Shown here: in pieces, positions 63,759 to 64,000 of the stretch | Position numbering within the stretch: position 1 is the first letter of the stretch | Layout: every line of letters starts with the position of its first letter | Assembly: GCA_032718475.1 (NCBI GenBank) | Contig: JAUCBJ010001846.1 | Location: 62,001 to 126,000 of the forward strand | From: Nemertoderma westbladi | Taxonomy: Eukaryota > Animalia > Xenacoelomorpha | Direction of reading: 5' to 3' | DNA length: 64,000 bases | Notes under the pieces: generated by a model | What the model was told of the DNA's origin: nothing | Databases searched by the model: none | The model's input: only the letters and a program-made list of their open reading frames with translations | Program-made: the position numbers and the translations under genes

Positions 63759-64000
63759 AGTGATTAACAGGATAAATGCAAGCGGGTCAGTAAAAAGCTG
63801 CTCCGTTTAGTTGCTAGTGATTGATAAATTAGATTGATCATAAATATTGTGTGTGAGACTGACGCTAATATGATGGAAGGGGCATTGTTGTAGATTTGCC
63901 TAAAACTCACTGATTCTTTGTTTTTTAAAACAATGAAGGGTGTGCAGTGCTTTGGTGCTAAGAGTAATTTTCATTTAAAGGCTTATCAAAGCATTTTGAT

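Overview
64-kb chromosomal segment of a compact, roughly 40% GC (estimated by eye) proteobacterium, probably a gammaproteobacterium. The housekeeping backbone is ureF-ureG, ispB, a sulfate-assimilation operon (cysH-tauE-sat-cysI-DUF934-cysG), ftsQ-ddl-murB-murC, ilvE, panB, cca, pstS, secA, an sbmA-like gene, comEC, dsbD, proB-obgE-rpmA-rplU, a tolC-like gene, rsmE-apbE-gshB-gshA, dnaA-(oriC)-dnaN-recF-gyrB-rpoZ and tkt-gap-pgk-fba. The stand-out is a 6,025-bp AT-rich island (2748-8772) between two copies of a 2,537-bp chromosomal direct repeat (211-2747 and 8773-11309). The island carries a lasso-peptide cluster with precursor, RRE/B1, B2 peptidase, cyclase and an ABC membrane domain. The predicted core (RTKNKPGDGTRPRGSKGG plus a 15-aa tail) resembles the lariocidin/triculamin class. 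Two unusual tailoring genes sit inside the cluster: a caspase/CHAT-like Cys protease and a lipid-A-acyltransferase-like protein. Elsewhere there is a 170-bp MITE-like insertion whose right part recurs at the island edge, several decayed integron-cassette-like genes with attC-like remnants but no integrase, and a locally reversed GC skew around dnaA. No rRNA, tRNA or CRISPR array was seen. All family calls come from motif recognition by eye, not database searches.
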